In this document: positions 40,381 through 51,393 of the stretch, piece by piece
How the letters are laid out: each line of letters starts with the position of its first letter
Numbering within the stretch: position 1 is the first letter of the stretch
Assembly: GCA_963777035.1 (NCBI GenBank)
Contig: CAVZPJ010000002.1
Location: 194,418 to 258,417, forward strand
Source: an uncultured Acidobacteriaceae bacterium
GTDB lineage: Bacteria; Acidobacteriota; Terriglobia; Terriglobales; Acidobacteriaceae
Direction: 5' to 3'
Length of the DNA: 64,000 nucleotides
Position numbers and translations under genes: made by a program
Notes under the pieces: model-generated
Database searches by the model: none
The model's input: the letters and a program-made list of their open reading frames with translations, nothing else
What the model was told of the DNA's origin: nothing

Positions 40381-40517
40381 GCTCCACATCTATCACGGAG
40401 AAGGGTCATGACGGCGAAGATTCTCGCGCTGCGCGCCCGGATTGGAAGGGACGCACGATGCGCGCCAAGTCAGCCAGTTTATCTCGTGCGGTTTGAAAGT
40501 TGCTCGGGCTCGGGTAA

Positions 40518-40570
40518 CGGCCGAGCTTTGCTCGGCTCGGACGGGCGAGGGCGCCCGTCCCTACACAACC

Positions 40571-40573
<3 letters not shown>
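40518..40573. repeat. REP-like element, same family as 28203-28290
   Basis: Reads gccgagctttgctcggctcggacgggcgagggcgcccgtccctacacaacc and contains the hairpin acgggcg-aggg-cgcccgt. Confidence 0.7.
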
Positions 40574-43015
<2,442 letters not shown>

Positions 43016-43250
43016 GTGGCAGCGACGGCGTTGCGGAGGCAAGATTCACCCGACAGCACCGTGACATGGCCAGAGCTTGATAATTATGCCAAGAAGCAGG
43101 GGTTCCGGCAATGCGGGAAACGGGGCGGGGTGGCGAGTTGGGTTCGGGCTGGGATCTGCGCAAAGGCGGAGTTAGCACTCCAGTCCGGTTTGCAGCGTGC
43201 CAATCGCCGTACTGACATGGTATAGTCAAAGTACATACCAGGAGATTGTA

Positions 43251-43571
43251 ATGCCGAAAGAGGCCGTTTTCACCCTTAAGCTTGAAGCGGAACTGCGCGA
43301 CGCTTTTGCGGCTGAAGCGGCAGCGACTCACCGGCCGGCATCCGACCTCGTTCGCGCATTCATGCGGGAGTTCGTCCAGCGCCAGCGCGAGGCTCGCGAA
43401 CATGACGCCTGGTTTCGCGCGAAGGTGCAGGAAGCTATGGACGATCTCCGCCCTGGCATTCCTCATGATGCCGTCATGGACGAAACCCGCGCCATCATTG
43501 ATCGCATCGTAGCCAAAGACAAACACGCCACAGACAAACACAAAGACCGCATCATAGCCGATAAGGCGTGA
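43251..43571 (+). CDS. Ribbon-helix-helix antitoxin (ParD/RelB-like)
   Basis: ATG 43251 follows caggag. The protein reads MPKEAVFTLKLEAELRDAFAAEAAATHRPASDLVRAFMREFV. It lies 4 nt upstream of the toxin gene. Confidence 0.7.
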   Translation: MPKEAVFTLKLEAELRDAFAAEAAATHRPASDLVRAFMREFVQRQREAREHDAWFRAKVQEAMDDLRPGIPHDAVMDETRAIIDRIVAKDKHATDKHKDRIIADKA

Positions 43572-43575
43572 GGCA

Positions 43576-43860
43576 GTGAGGCTTGATTGGCACCCATTGG
43601 CGCGGGCCGATTTGGCCGAGTTGGTAGCCTACATCGCAAGCGACAGCCCTGCCGCTGCCTACCGCGTGCATGATGAGATTCGGAAGCAGACGAGGCTGCT
43701 GGCCGCACACCCGGAAATAGGCCGTCCTGGCCGGGTTCGGGGCACCCGCGAGTTAGTTGTTACGGGAACACCTTACATCGCCGCTTATCGCTTCATCGGC
43801 GAGGTGGTGACGGTATTGCGTCTGCTGCATGGCGCACGCTTGTGGCCCCGAAAGCTGTAA
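43576..43860 (+). CDS. ParE/RelE-family type II toxin
   Basis: Reads MRLDWHPLARADLAELVAYIASDSPAAAYRVHDEI..GRPGRVRGTRELVV..YIAAYRF..VTVLRLLHGAR, a ParE-like pattern. Length is 94 aa. Confidence 0.8.
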   Translation: MRLDWHPLARADLAELVAYIASDSPAAAYRVHDEIRKQTRLLAAHPEIGRPGRVRGTRELVVTGTPYIAAYRFIGEVVTVLRLLHGARLWPRKL

Positions 43861-43900
43861 GGGAGCGACCTGCTGAATGCGTGATCGCTTCACCCGATCC

Positions 43901-46087
43901 CTATTTTGCCGGCCCCGACTCTTCCAGCCCGCGGTCCTTCAGCATTGCCTTCGAGTTCGGCGGAGCCCCCCGCCACTTCTCGTACATTTTGGCGAGGTCT
44001 TCGGTGTTTCCTCGAGACAGGATCATCTGACGGAAGCGGTCGCCATTGGCGCGCGTAAGATCACCGTGCTCTTCGAACCAGCGATAGGCGTCGTCGGCCA
44101 GCATTTCTGTCCAGAGATAGGCGTAGTAGCCCGCGCTGTATCCGTCCCAGATGTGGCTGAAGTAGCTGGAGCGGTAACGGGGCGGGACGTAACTGACGTT
44201 GAGATGGGTTTTCTCGAGTGCCTGCTTCTCGAACTCGTCGGGATTCTGCAGCGGCGCGTCGGCTGAGAGGAAGTGCCACTGCATGTCGAGTTCCGCCGCA
44301 GCCAACAGCTCGGTCATATCGTAGCCCTTGTTGAAGGTGACGGCTTTCCTGAGCTTGGTAACGAGTTCTTCCGGCATGGGCGCGCCGGTTTTGTAATGCT
44401 TCGCGAAGTTCGCAAAGACCGCGGGATACGTGGCCCAGTGCTCGTTGAACTGCGATGGAAATTCGACGAAGTCGCGAGCCGTCGAAGTGCCGGCGAGAGT
44501 CGGATACTGTGCATCGGAGAACATCCCGTGCAGGGCATGTCCAAACTCATGGAACATGGTGATGACATCCCGGAAGCTGACGAGCGCGGGTTCGCCAGCC
44601 GCCGGCTGCGGCAGATTGGCAACGTTGTACACCACCGGGGATGTCCCACGCAGCCGCGACTGGCCGACGAATTCCGACATCCATGCTCCGCCATTTTTGT
44701 TGTCGCGCTTGAAATAATCACCGTAAAAAAGAGCGAGGTGTGTGCCGTCGGCGTTGAACACTTCGAACACACGAACATCGGGATGCCAAACGGGAAGATC
44801 GTGGCGCTCTTTGAAGGTGATTCCGTAGAGCTGAGTGGCCGCGTAGAAAACGCCATTCTCCAGCACGTGGTTGAGCTCGAAGTAGGGCTTCACCTGTGCA
44901 TCGTCGATGTCGTAGCGTGCTTTGCGGACCTGCTCGGCGTAGAAGTTCCAATCGTAGGCCTGGACCTGGAAGCCGCCCTTCTGGGCATCAATAACGCCCT
45001 GAATGTCGGCGGCTTCACGAGCAGCCTTCGCGGTCGCTGCGGGAACTATGGCATCCATAAACGGGAGCGCGGCTTCTGGAGTTTTCGCCATCTGATCTTC
45101 GAGCTTCCAGGCGGCGAAACTGCCGAAGCCGAGGAGTTTCGCTTTCTGAGCGCGAAGTTGAGCCATGCGAGCGATGGTGCCGCGGGTGTCGTTGGCGTCG
45201 CCGTGCTCGGCGCGATTCCATGAATGCTCGAAGATAGCCGCACGCGTCGTGCGATTGCTCAGTGAAACCAGGTCGGGCTGCTGCGTCGTGTTCTGCAGCG
45301 GAATCACGTAGCCTTCGAGCTTGCGATCTTTGGCGGCTTGTGCGGCGGCCGCGATGCGAGCGTCAGAGAGTCCGGCCAGCGCCGCTTTGTCGGTGGTTAC
45401 GTAGGCGCCATCTTTGGTGGCGTCGAGCAGTTTGGTCGTGAAGCCGTCCGAAAGCGATGAAAGCTCTTCGTTGAGCTTTTTGAGTACAGTCTTATCGCTT
45501 TCGGAAAGGCTGGCTCCGGCGTGTACGAAATCGTCGTAGTAGTGCTCCAGCAGGCGGAGCGACTCCGCATCAAGATTGAGCGATGCGCGTTGCTTGTAGA
45601 TCGCTGCGATTCGCGCAAAAAGCTTCGTGTTGAGGAAGATGAAGTCCTGGTGCGCTGCGATTTTGGGGGCCTCGATCGTCTTGATCTTCTGCAGCGTCGG
45701 ATTGGTGTTTGCACCAGTGACGCCGTTGAAAACCGCCATGACCCGGTCGAACAGTCGTCCGCTTTTTTCCATGGCGACAATGGTGTTGTCAAAGGTCGGA
45801 GCAGCGGGATTGTCGGCGATCGCCCGGATTTCGGCCTGTTGTTGCGCCATTCCGGCCTCAATCGCGGGCTGATAGTCATCATCCTTTATCTTGTCGAAGG
45901 GCGGCGCCTGAAACGGCAAAGGACTGGGCGCGTAAAAAGGATTGGCTGGCCCGAAGTCGGAGGTGGCGGCGAGAGCGGTGTTGACAGAGCCGAGCGCGAT
46001 GGCTCCGGCCGAAAGAAGCGTGCTTGGAATCAAAGTGCTAAAGAGTAAGAGCATAGTCTTAACGGTGCCAATTCGAGTGGAACGCAT
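43901..46087 (-). CDS. dcp: M3-family peptidyl-dipeptidase (Dcp-like zinc metallopeptidase), secreted
   Basis: Contains the HEFGHALHG zinc motif. Length is 728 aa with a signal-like N-terminus. Confidence 0.85.
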   Translation of the reverse strand: MRSTRIGTVKTMLLLFSTLIPSTLLSAGAIALGSVNTALAATSDFGPANPFYAPSPLPFQAPPFDKIKDDDYQPAIEAGMAQQQAEIRAIADNPAAPTFDNTIVAMEKSGRLFDRVMAVFNGVTGANTNPTLQKIKTIEAPKIAAHQDFIFLNTKLFARIAAIYKQRASLNLDAESLRLLEHYYDDFVHAGASLSESDKTVLKKLNEELSSLSDGFTTKLLDATKDGAYVTTDKAALAGLSDARIAAAAQAAKDRKLEGYVIPLQNTTQQPDLVSLSNRTTRAAIFEHSWNRAEHGDANDTRGTIARMAQLRAQKAKLLGFGSFAAWKLEDQMAKTPEAALPFMDAIVPAATAKAAREAADIQGVIDAQKGGFQVQAYDWNFYAEQVRKARYDIDDAQVKPYFELNHVLENGVFYAATQLYGITFKERHDLPVWHPDVRVFEVFNADGTHLALFYGDYFKRDNKNGGAWMSEFVGQSRLRGTSPVVYNVANLPQPAAGEPALVSFRDVITMFHEFGHALHGMFSDAQYPTLAGTSTARDFVEFPSQFNEHWATYPAVFANFAKHYKTGAPMPEELVTKLRKAVTFNKGYDMTELLAAAELDMQWHFLSADAPLQNPDEFEKQALEKTHLNVSYVPPRYRSSYFSHIWDGYSAGYYAYLWTEMLADDAYRWFEEHGDLTRANGDRFRQMILSRGNTEDLAKMYEKWRGAPPNSKAMLKDRGLEESGPAK

Positions 46088-46181
46088 GCGTTGGAAATCC
46101 TCTTTGCATAATTGTAAACGGGTGAAAGGGAAATGTGGCAGGGACGGAGGAAAGCGCGTCCCATCGCAATTCCCATGAAGA

Positions 46182-47078
46182 TCAGCGTCCGATCATGCCC
46201 GCGGCCCAGGCCAGCACCAGAATCCCAAGCACAATGCGATACATGGCGAACGGAGCAAATCCGCGCTTGCGGACCCACGCCATGAACCAGGCGACGGCTC
46301 CGTAAGCGACGACGAAGGAGACGACGAAACCGATAGCCAGGATCACCCACTCGTGCGATGTGATGGCAGAGACGCCAATCGGATTTTCATCTTTCCCGGA
46401 AAGCGATTTGAAGAGCGTATAGAGCGTGGCCACGGTCATGGTGGGTATCGACAGAAAAAAAGAAAACTCAAGCGCAGCGGCGCGAGACATTCCAACAAGT
46501 TGTCCTGCGGCGATCGTCGACATGGAGCGCGACGTGCCGGGAAAAACAGCCGACAGGATCTGGCAAGCGCCGATCCAGATCGCCTGGCCGCCGTGGATGT
46601 CATCCATCTTCCAGGTATGAATGGGAGACCCCGGAGCGCCCGGCCCAGCTTTTTCCCAAGGCGCTTTCATGGCGTCGATAATCCACATTACGATGCCGCC
46701 GACGAGCAGCGCCGTGCCCATGACGTAAAGGCTTTCAAGATTCTTGCCGATCACCTTGGTCAGCAGAAAAGAAGGAATCGCGGTGACCACGAACGCGATC
46801 ATGACCAGGCTCAGCGGGTGCGTCAGATAGTCGCAATCTCGTTTTTCGCCTTCGGGGAAGGTGGAAATGAGCTTCGCGATGTGGCTGCGAAAATAAATTG
46901 GCAAAACCAGAATCGCGCCGAGCTGAATGACGATCGAGTACATCTTCCAATAGCCGCTCGAAAGCGGCACATGCAGCAGGACTTCAGAAATGCGGAGATG
47001 GGCCGTCGAACTTACCGGCAGAAACTCGGTAAGCCCTTCGACAATTCCCAACAGCGCAGACAATAGATAGTCGTTCAA
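46182..47078 (-). CDS. uppP: Undecaprenyl-diphosphate phosphatase
   Basis: Contains LLGIVEGLTEFLPVSSTAHL and FPGTSRS motifs and is polytopic. Confidence 0.9.
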   Translation of the reverse strand: MNDYLLSALLGIVEGLTEFLPVSSTAHLRISEVLLHVPLSSGYWKMYSIVIQLGAILVLPIYFRSHIAKLISTFPEGEKRDCDYLTHPLSLVMIAFVVTAIPSFLLTKVIGKNLESLYVMGTALLVGGIVMWIIDAMKAPWEKAGPGAPGSPIHTWKMDDIHGGQAIWIGACQILSAVFPGTSRSMSTIAAGQLVGMSRAAALEFSFFLSIPTMTVATLYTLFKSLSGKDENPIGVSAITSHEWVILAIGFVVSFVVAYGAVAWFMAWVRKRGFAPFAMYRIVLGILVLAWAAGMIGR

Positions 47079-47150
47079 GTGTTCTCCTGAAATGACAAAA
47101 CTCGTGTAGAGACGCCGGTTGCCGCTTTAGCGATGACAAATCAGCGGAAA

Positions 47151-48782
47151 TCAAATGCCCCTTGAGGGACTCGATGCCATCTTTTCATCTTCCGCGTATC
47201 TCCGGAAGAAACTATCTGGCTTCCACTCTGGACGGCGGTCCCCGTTGGCTACATTAATGAGCAAGGCTCTGACAATCTCTTCGTACTTCGCGGCGGCGGC
47301 CAGGTCAACCGGTTGATTGATGTCGTCTGAGGGCGCGTGATAGCGCTGGGTCAGCCAGTCTTTGAAAATCTTGACCTCGGGCGTTCCAGGTTCGGGAGCA
47401 ACGGCCATGGCCAGTGAAGGCACTCCGTGGCGGATGAAGTTGTACTGATCGCTGCGCACGAAAAGATTGCGCAACGGCTCGGGATCGGGCTGAACCTTCA
47501 CGCCGAACGATTGCGCGATCCCGCGCACGCGATCTCCCAGATCGGAGTCATCCAGTCCAAGCACGGTGAGCAACTGCAACGGGACGATGGGCAGGAACAT
47601 ATCGACGTTGACATCAGCGACGATTGCTCTCGCCGGGACGGTTGGATGCGCGGCGAAATACTTCGAGCCCAGCAACCCCTTTTCTTCGCCTGTGACTAAA
47701 ACTAAGAGGATCGAGCGCCGCAATTTTTCCGGATTCTTCTTGACGCTGGCAGCCATGTCCAGAACCAGGGCGCTGCCGGAGCCGTTATCCATGGCTCCGT
47801 TGTAAATGCGGTCGCCATTGATCGGTTCTCCGATGCCGATGTGATCGAGGTGGGCGGAGAGCACCACATATTCATTTTTCAGAATGGGATCGCTGCCGGG
47901 AATTTTGGCAACGAGGTTGGCCGATTCGATTTCCGTCACATCAACCTTGGTCTTCGCGGCCAGGGAAACGGCGAGCGGAAAGTGCGGCAGCGGCTTGCGA
48001 TCTTTCCCCAGTGCCGCGATCTCCGCGAAAGTGTGGCCGGACCCGGCAAAAAATTTCTCGGCGCTTTCCGGATTCACTGTAAGGGTGATCTTCGCTCCCT
48101 TAGTTTCGTCGAATTCGGGATAGTCAAGATCCATGGAAGGATGAGCGCGGTTGAGCGCCATGCGCGACCATGGAATATCCATCGAGGCGGGATTTGGCAT
48201 TGAAACGATGCCGATGGCGCCGGCCGCTCGAAGCACTTTCCAGCGCTCGACGGCGGTCTGGTAATGCGAAGCCAGCGCCGCTGGAATCTGGGAAGGTGAT
48301 CCGGCAAGAATGACGATGATCTTGCCGCGGACGTCGAGTCCGGCAAGGTCGTCATAATCTTTCTCCGGGACTTTAAGGCCGTAGCCGGCGAAAACCAGCG
48401 GGGCTTCGACCGCGGGGGCCGGCATGACGCGCGTGCCGATGGTCGCATCTTCTCCGAGCGCGAGCGGTTCGCGTTTGCCGTCGCGGATCAGTGCAACACT
48501 GCAATCTTTTTCGACAATCTGGCGGGAGACGAACTTCACCGGCTGGTAATAGCCGTTTACGCCAGCGGGTTCCGCGCCGTCGAGTTGAAGTTGCTCGACG
48601 GCATAGCGTTGCGCCTCGCGCTCGCCCCGGCTGCCCGTATCACGCCCTTCAAGTTTGTCATCCGCGAGAACCTTGATGTGATTCCACCAGGTCTGGCCGT
48701 CGAAGTCCGACGGAGTCTGAGCCCGAGCAGAAAATGCAAGAAGTAGCGCGAGCAGGAAAGAACTGAATATGTGTTTTTTCAT
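47151..48782 (-). CDS. Secreted M28-family aminopeptidase with PA domain
   Basis: ATG 48782 gives the signal peptide MKKHIFSSFLLALLLAFSARAQ. Motifs are SAHLDHIG, GAMDNGSGSA and TGEEKGLLGS. The 5' extension to 48956 overlaps the anti-sigma gene and is rejected. Confidence 0.75.
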   Translation of the reverse strand: MKKHIFSSFLLALLLAFSARAQTPSDFDGQTWWNHIKVLADDKLEGRDTGSRGEREAQRYAVEQLQLDGAEPAGVNGYYQPVKFVSRQIVEKDCSVALIRDGKREPLALGEDATIGTRVMPAPAVEAPLVFAGYGLKVPEKDYDDLAGLDVRGKIIVILAGSPSQIPAALASHYQTAVERWKVLRAAGAIGIVSMPNPASMDIPWSRMALNRAHPSMDLDYPEFDETKGAKITLTVNPESAEKFFAGSGHTFAEIAALGKDRKPLPHFPLAVSLAAKTKVDVTEIESANLVAKIPGSDPILKNEYVVLSAHLDHIGIGEPINGDRIYNGAMDNGSGSALVLDMAASVKKNPEKLRRSILLVLVTGEEKGLLGSKYFAAHPTVPARAIVADVNVDMFLPIVPLQLLTVLGLDDSDLGDRVRGIAQSFGVKVQPDPEPLRNLFVRSDQYNFIRHGVPSLAMAVAPEPGTPEVKIFKDWLTQRYHAPSDDINQPVDLAAAAKYEEIVRALLINVANGDRRPEWKPDSFFRRYAEDEKMASSPSRGI

Positions 48783-48916
48783 GACTTCCCTCGGACGAAG
48801 GTTTCTAGGATAGCAGGAAGCGTAGAAGGGAAGTCGCCTGGCAGGGATGCGAGCGGCGCGACGGCCTGCGGGAGGACTCCAAGACCTTTCCCGAGCCCCG
48901 GCACCAGAGGCCTGCC

Positions 48917-49174
48917 TCAGGTCGTAGGCGGATTGGACTTTTTGTGAGCCGCGCACTTGCTCATAATCGCCGACCGCAGGCGCGTGCGCAGATCGTCGGG
49001 CAATTCGTAGAGTTCCGAGTCGCGATAGATTTCAATGGTCTTGCGCGTGGTGTCGCAGACAACGTAACAGTTGTGGCACCACGCCAGATGGTCATCCAGT
49101 TCGGTCTTGGTCTGGGCGTCCAGGACGCCGTCGAGATAGTTGGTTAGTTCGTTTAGAAACTCAGAGCACTTCAC
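48917..49174 (-). CDS. Soluble zinc-binding anti-sigma factor (ZAS, RsrA-like)
   Basis: 85 aa with no TM helix. It has C3...H29-x3-C33-x2-C36 (HLAWCHNC). The GTG start overlaps the sigma gene stop (GTGA). Confidence 0.7.
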   Translation of the reverse strand: MKCSEFLNELTNYLDGVLDAQTKTELDDHLAWCHNCYVVCDTTRKTIEIYRDSELYELPDDLRTRLRSAIMSKCAAHKKSNPPTT

Positions 49175-49800
49175 TGGTCGCCATCTCCACTCACTTTTTT
49201 CTGAAAGAAGCGGTTGAGCCGCTCGCGCAATTGCAGGCGCGCACGCAGCAACCGCGACTTCACCGCCGGGATGCTCAGTTCGAGCGCCTGGGCCGTCTCT
49301 TCGGTCGAGAGGCCTTCCACGTCTCGCAGCACGAACACGGTCCGGAAACCCGCGGGTAATCCCTGAATTGTGCGGGTCAGAATGTCGCGCAACTCCGCCT
49401 GGTTGTACATCTGTTCAGGATTGGGGCTCCAATCCGCAACCTCTCGGGGAAGCGAGTCATCCTCGGTTTTTACATCTTCATCCAGAGAAACCGTGCGTTC
49501 CGGTTTCCTCCGGCGCAACTTCATCAGCGCTTCGTTAACCGCAATTCGTACCAGCCAGGTATAAAACTTGGACTGTTCCTGAAACTTCGCCAGGTTGCCA
49601 TACGCTTTGAGGAACGCTTCCTGTACGACATCTTCCGCGTCCTCGCGATTCTGCGTAATGTGCTGTGCAATGCGGAAGACGTTGCGATCATAGCGCCGTA
49701 CTAATTCTTCAAACGCCTGATCGTCGCCGCGCTTGGCACGCCGGACCAGCTGCATTTCTTCGCTGACCGGTTGCTCTACGTTTGGTTGGATGGTACTCAT
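49171..49800 (-). CDS. ECF-type RNA polymerase sigma-70 factor
   Basis: Region 2 reads FEELVRRYDRNVFRIAQHIT..EDAEDVVQEAFLKAY..F.TWLVRIAVNEA. Region 4 reads LSTEETAQALELSIPAVKSRLLRAR. Confidence 0.85.
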   Translation of the reverse strand: MSTIQPNVEQPVSEEMQLVRRAKRGDDQAFEELVRRYDRNVFRIAQHITQNREDAEDVVQEAFLKAYGNLAKFQEQSKFYTWLVRIAVNEALMKLRRRKPERTVSLDEDVKTEDDSLPREVADWSPNPEQMYNQAELRDILTRTIQGLPAGFRTVFVLRDVEGLSTEETAQALELSIPAVKSRLLRARLQLRERLNRFFQKKVSGDGDQ

Positions 49801-50098
49801 TCGTAACTTGATGCAGATTTTTCCAAAAGCGTGACTCAATCCGCAGTGCTATTGTACTTGCTAGCTGTCATTTCTGCAGGTGGGTCTTAAAAAAGCGCTC
49901 CGTGCCCGGCAAATGGACCCAAACACGGAACACGGGGTCGGGAATGCGCGCTGGTTCTAAGAACTGAGAACCAGCCCCTTACGGCACCACAAGGGCAGGT
50001 ACCAAGGTGTCTTAAGCGCGTCCGCAAGCGGCCCTATAATAAGAGGTTAGAGGGGCTACGCCCTTCTTCCCCCAATAGAACGTCACTTTGGAGCAGGC

Positions 50099-51382
50099 AT
50101 GAAGGAGCGCGGTCGGACCGAGCCAAGTTGGATTGAGCCAATTGTGGCGCGTGTGGTTGGTCAGGTTTTGGACAGCCACGTCTCCCAACTGCGCAGCGAA
50201 ATTGTCCGCCAGGTGATGGAAGAGATCGCCGCCGCACCGGTGGATGAAACAACGTCAGCCGATCCGGCCAATTATGTCTCGTCCTCTAACCTTTCTGATC
50301 TGGCGCGCGCCGTCGCTGAAATCCAGTTGGGATCCTCGCAAAAGGAAATTCTGCGCGCCTTACTCGATACGACCGCCCGCTATGCATCACGAGTCGCGCT
50401 CTTTGTGGTCAAGGGGAGCCACGCCACGGGATGGCAGGCACGCGGATTTGCCAACAACGAGGCAGCGAAAGACTTCAAGCTCGATGAGAATGCTCCGGCG
50501 GTGGGCCGCGCCATTGGAGAACGCGTGGTGGCGAGCGCGCAGGTTGCCGACTTGGATTCGCGCTTCCTGGCGGAGTTTGGAACCCCAGCCAGCGGAGAAG
50601 CCCGTCTCCTACCGTTAATTTTGAAAGACAAAGTAGCCGCCCTGGTTTATGCCGACGGTGGCACCGATGACCAGGGTTTGCTCGATGCCGGAGCGCTCGA
50701 TTTGCTGGTGCTTTCGACCAGCGCGTGGCTGGAAGTGAACGCGCTGCGCAAACAAGCTCAGAAAGATCCGTCCGCGTCGCATTCCAGCGGTCATCAAGAG
50801 AGTCAAAGCGTGTCGGGAAGCCAGGCCGCGTCTGCCGCGCCGCCCTTCAACGATCCCTTCGCTTCGCATGCTCCTGCGTTTGCTTCTGGTCAAGCCATGG
50901 CGGCTGCGGCTTCAGCCGGAGAAATTTCGGCTCCAGTTGCGAGCGCCGCCGCCCCGATTTCTAATCCAATCATGGGCGAAGCCCAGAGCGTTGCCCCTGA
51001 AGTTCAGTCGGCGGTTGCTGAAATGGAAGCGCCGCTCGCCGAGCCGATTGCGGTCGATCACGCGGAGGTCAAGCCAGCACCGGAGACGTCGTCCGGGCCG
51101 TCGATGTCAACGGAGGACCAGGCGGTTCACGGCAAAGCCCAGCGTTTCGCCCGGCTGCTGGTTGACGAGATCAAGCTCTACAATCAGGCCAAGGTCGCGG
51201 AAGGCCGGAAGAACAAGGATCTCTACGATCGGCTGAAAGAAACGATCGAGAAGAGCCGCGCGACGTACCAGAAACGTTACGGGAACACGATTGCAGCTTC
51301 CGGCAATTACTTCCAACATGAAATAATAAGAAGTCTCGCAGAAGACGACCCGTCGATTATGGGTGCCAACTTTCGTCGGTAG
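50099..51382 (+). CDS. Hypothetical protein: GAF-like middle domain, A/S/P-rich linker, conserved charged C-terminal block
   Basis: 427 aa containing ..ARYASRVALFVVKGSHATGWQARGF.. and the C-terminal KAQRFARLLVDEIKLYNQAKVAEGRKNKDLYDRLKETIEKSR. It ends 11 nt before the slt start. Confidence 0.5.
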   Translation: MKERGRTEPSWIEPIVARVVGQVLDSHVSQLRSEIVRQVMEEIAAAPVDETTSADPANYVSSSNLSDLARAVAEIQLGSSQKEILRALLDTTARYASRVALFVVKGSHATGWQARGFANNEAAKDFKLDENAPAVGRAIGERVVASAQVADLDSRFLAEFGTPASGEARLLPLILKDKVAALVYADGGTDDQGLLDAGALDLLVLSTSAWLEVNALRKQAQKDPSASHSSGHQESQSVSGSQAASAAPPFNDPFASHAPAFASGQAMAAAASAGEISAPVASAAAPISNPIMGEAQSVAPEVQSAVAEMEAPLAEPIAVDHAEVKPAPETSSGPSMSTEDQAVHGKAQRFARLLVDEIKLYNQAKVAEGRKNKDLYDRLKETIEKSRATYQKRYGNTIAASGNYFQHEIIRSLAEDDPSIMGANFRR

Positions 51383-51393
51383 GTAGGGTTTGA

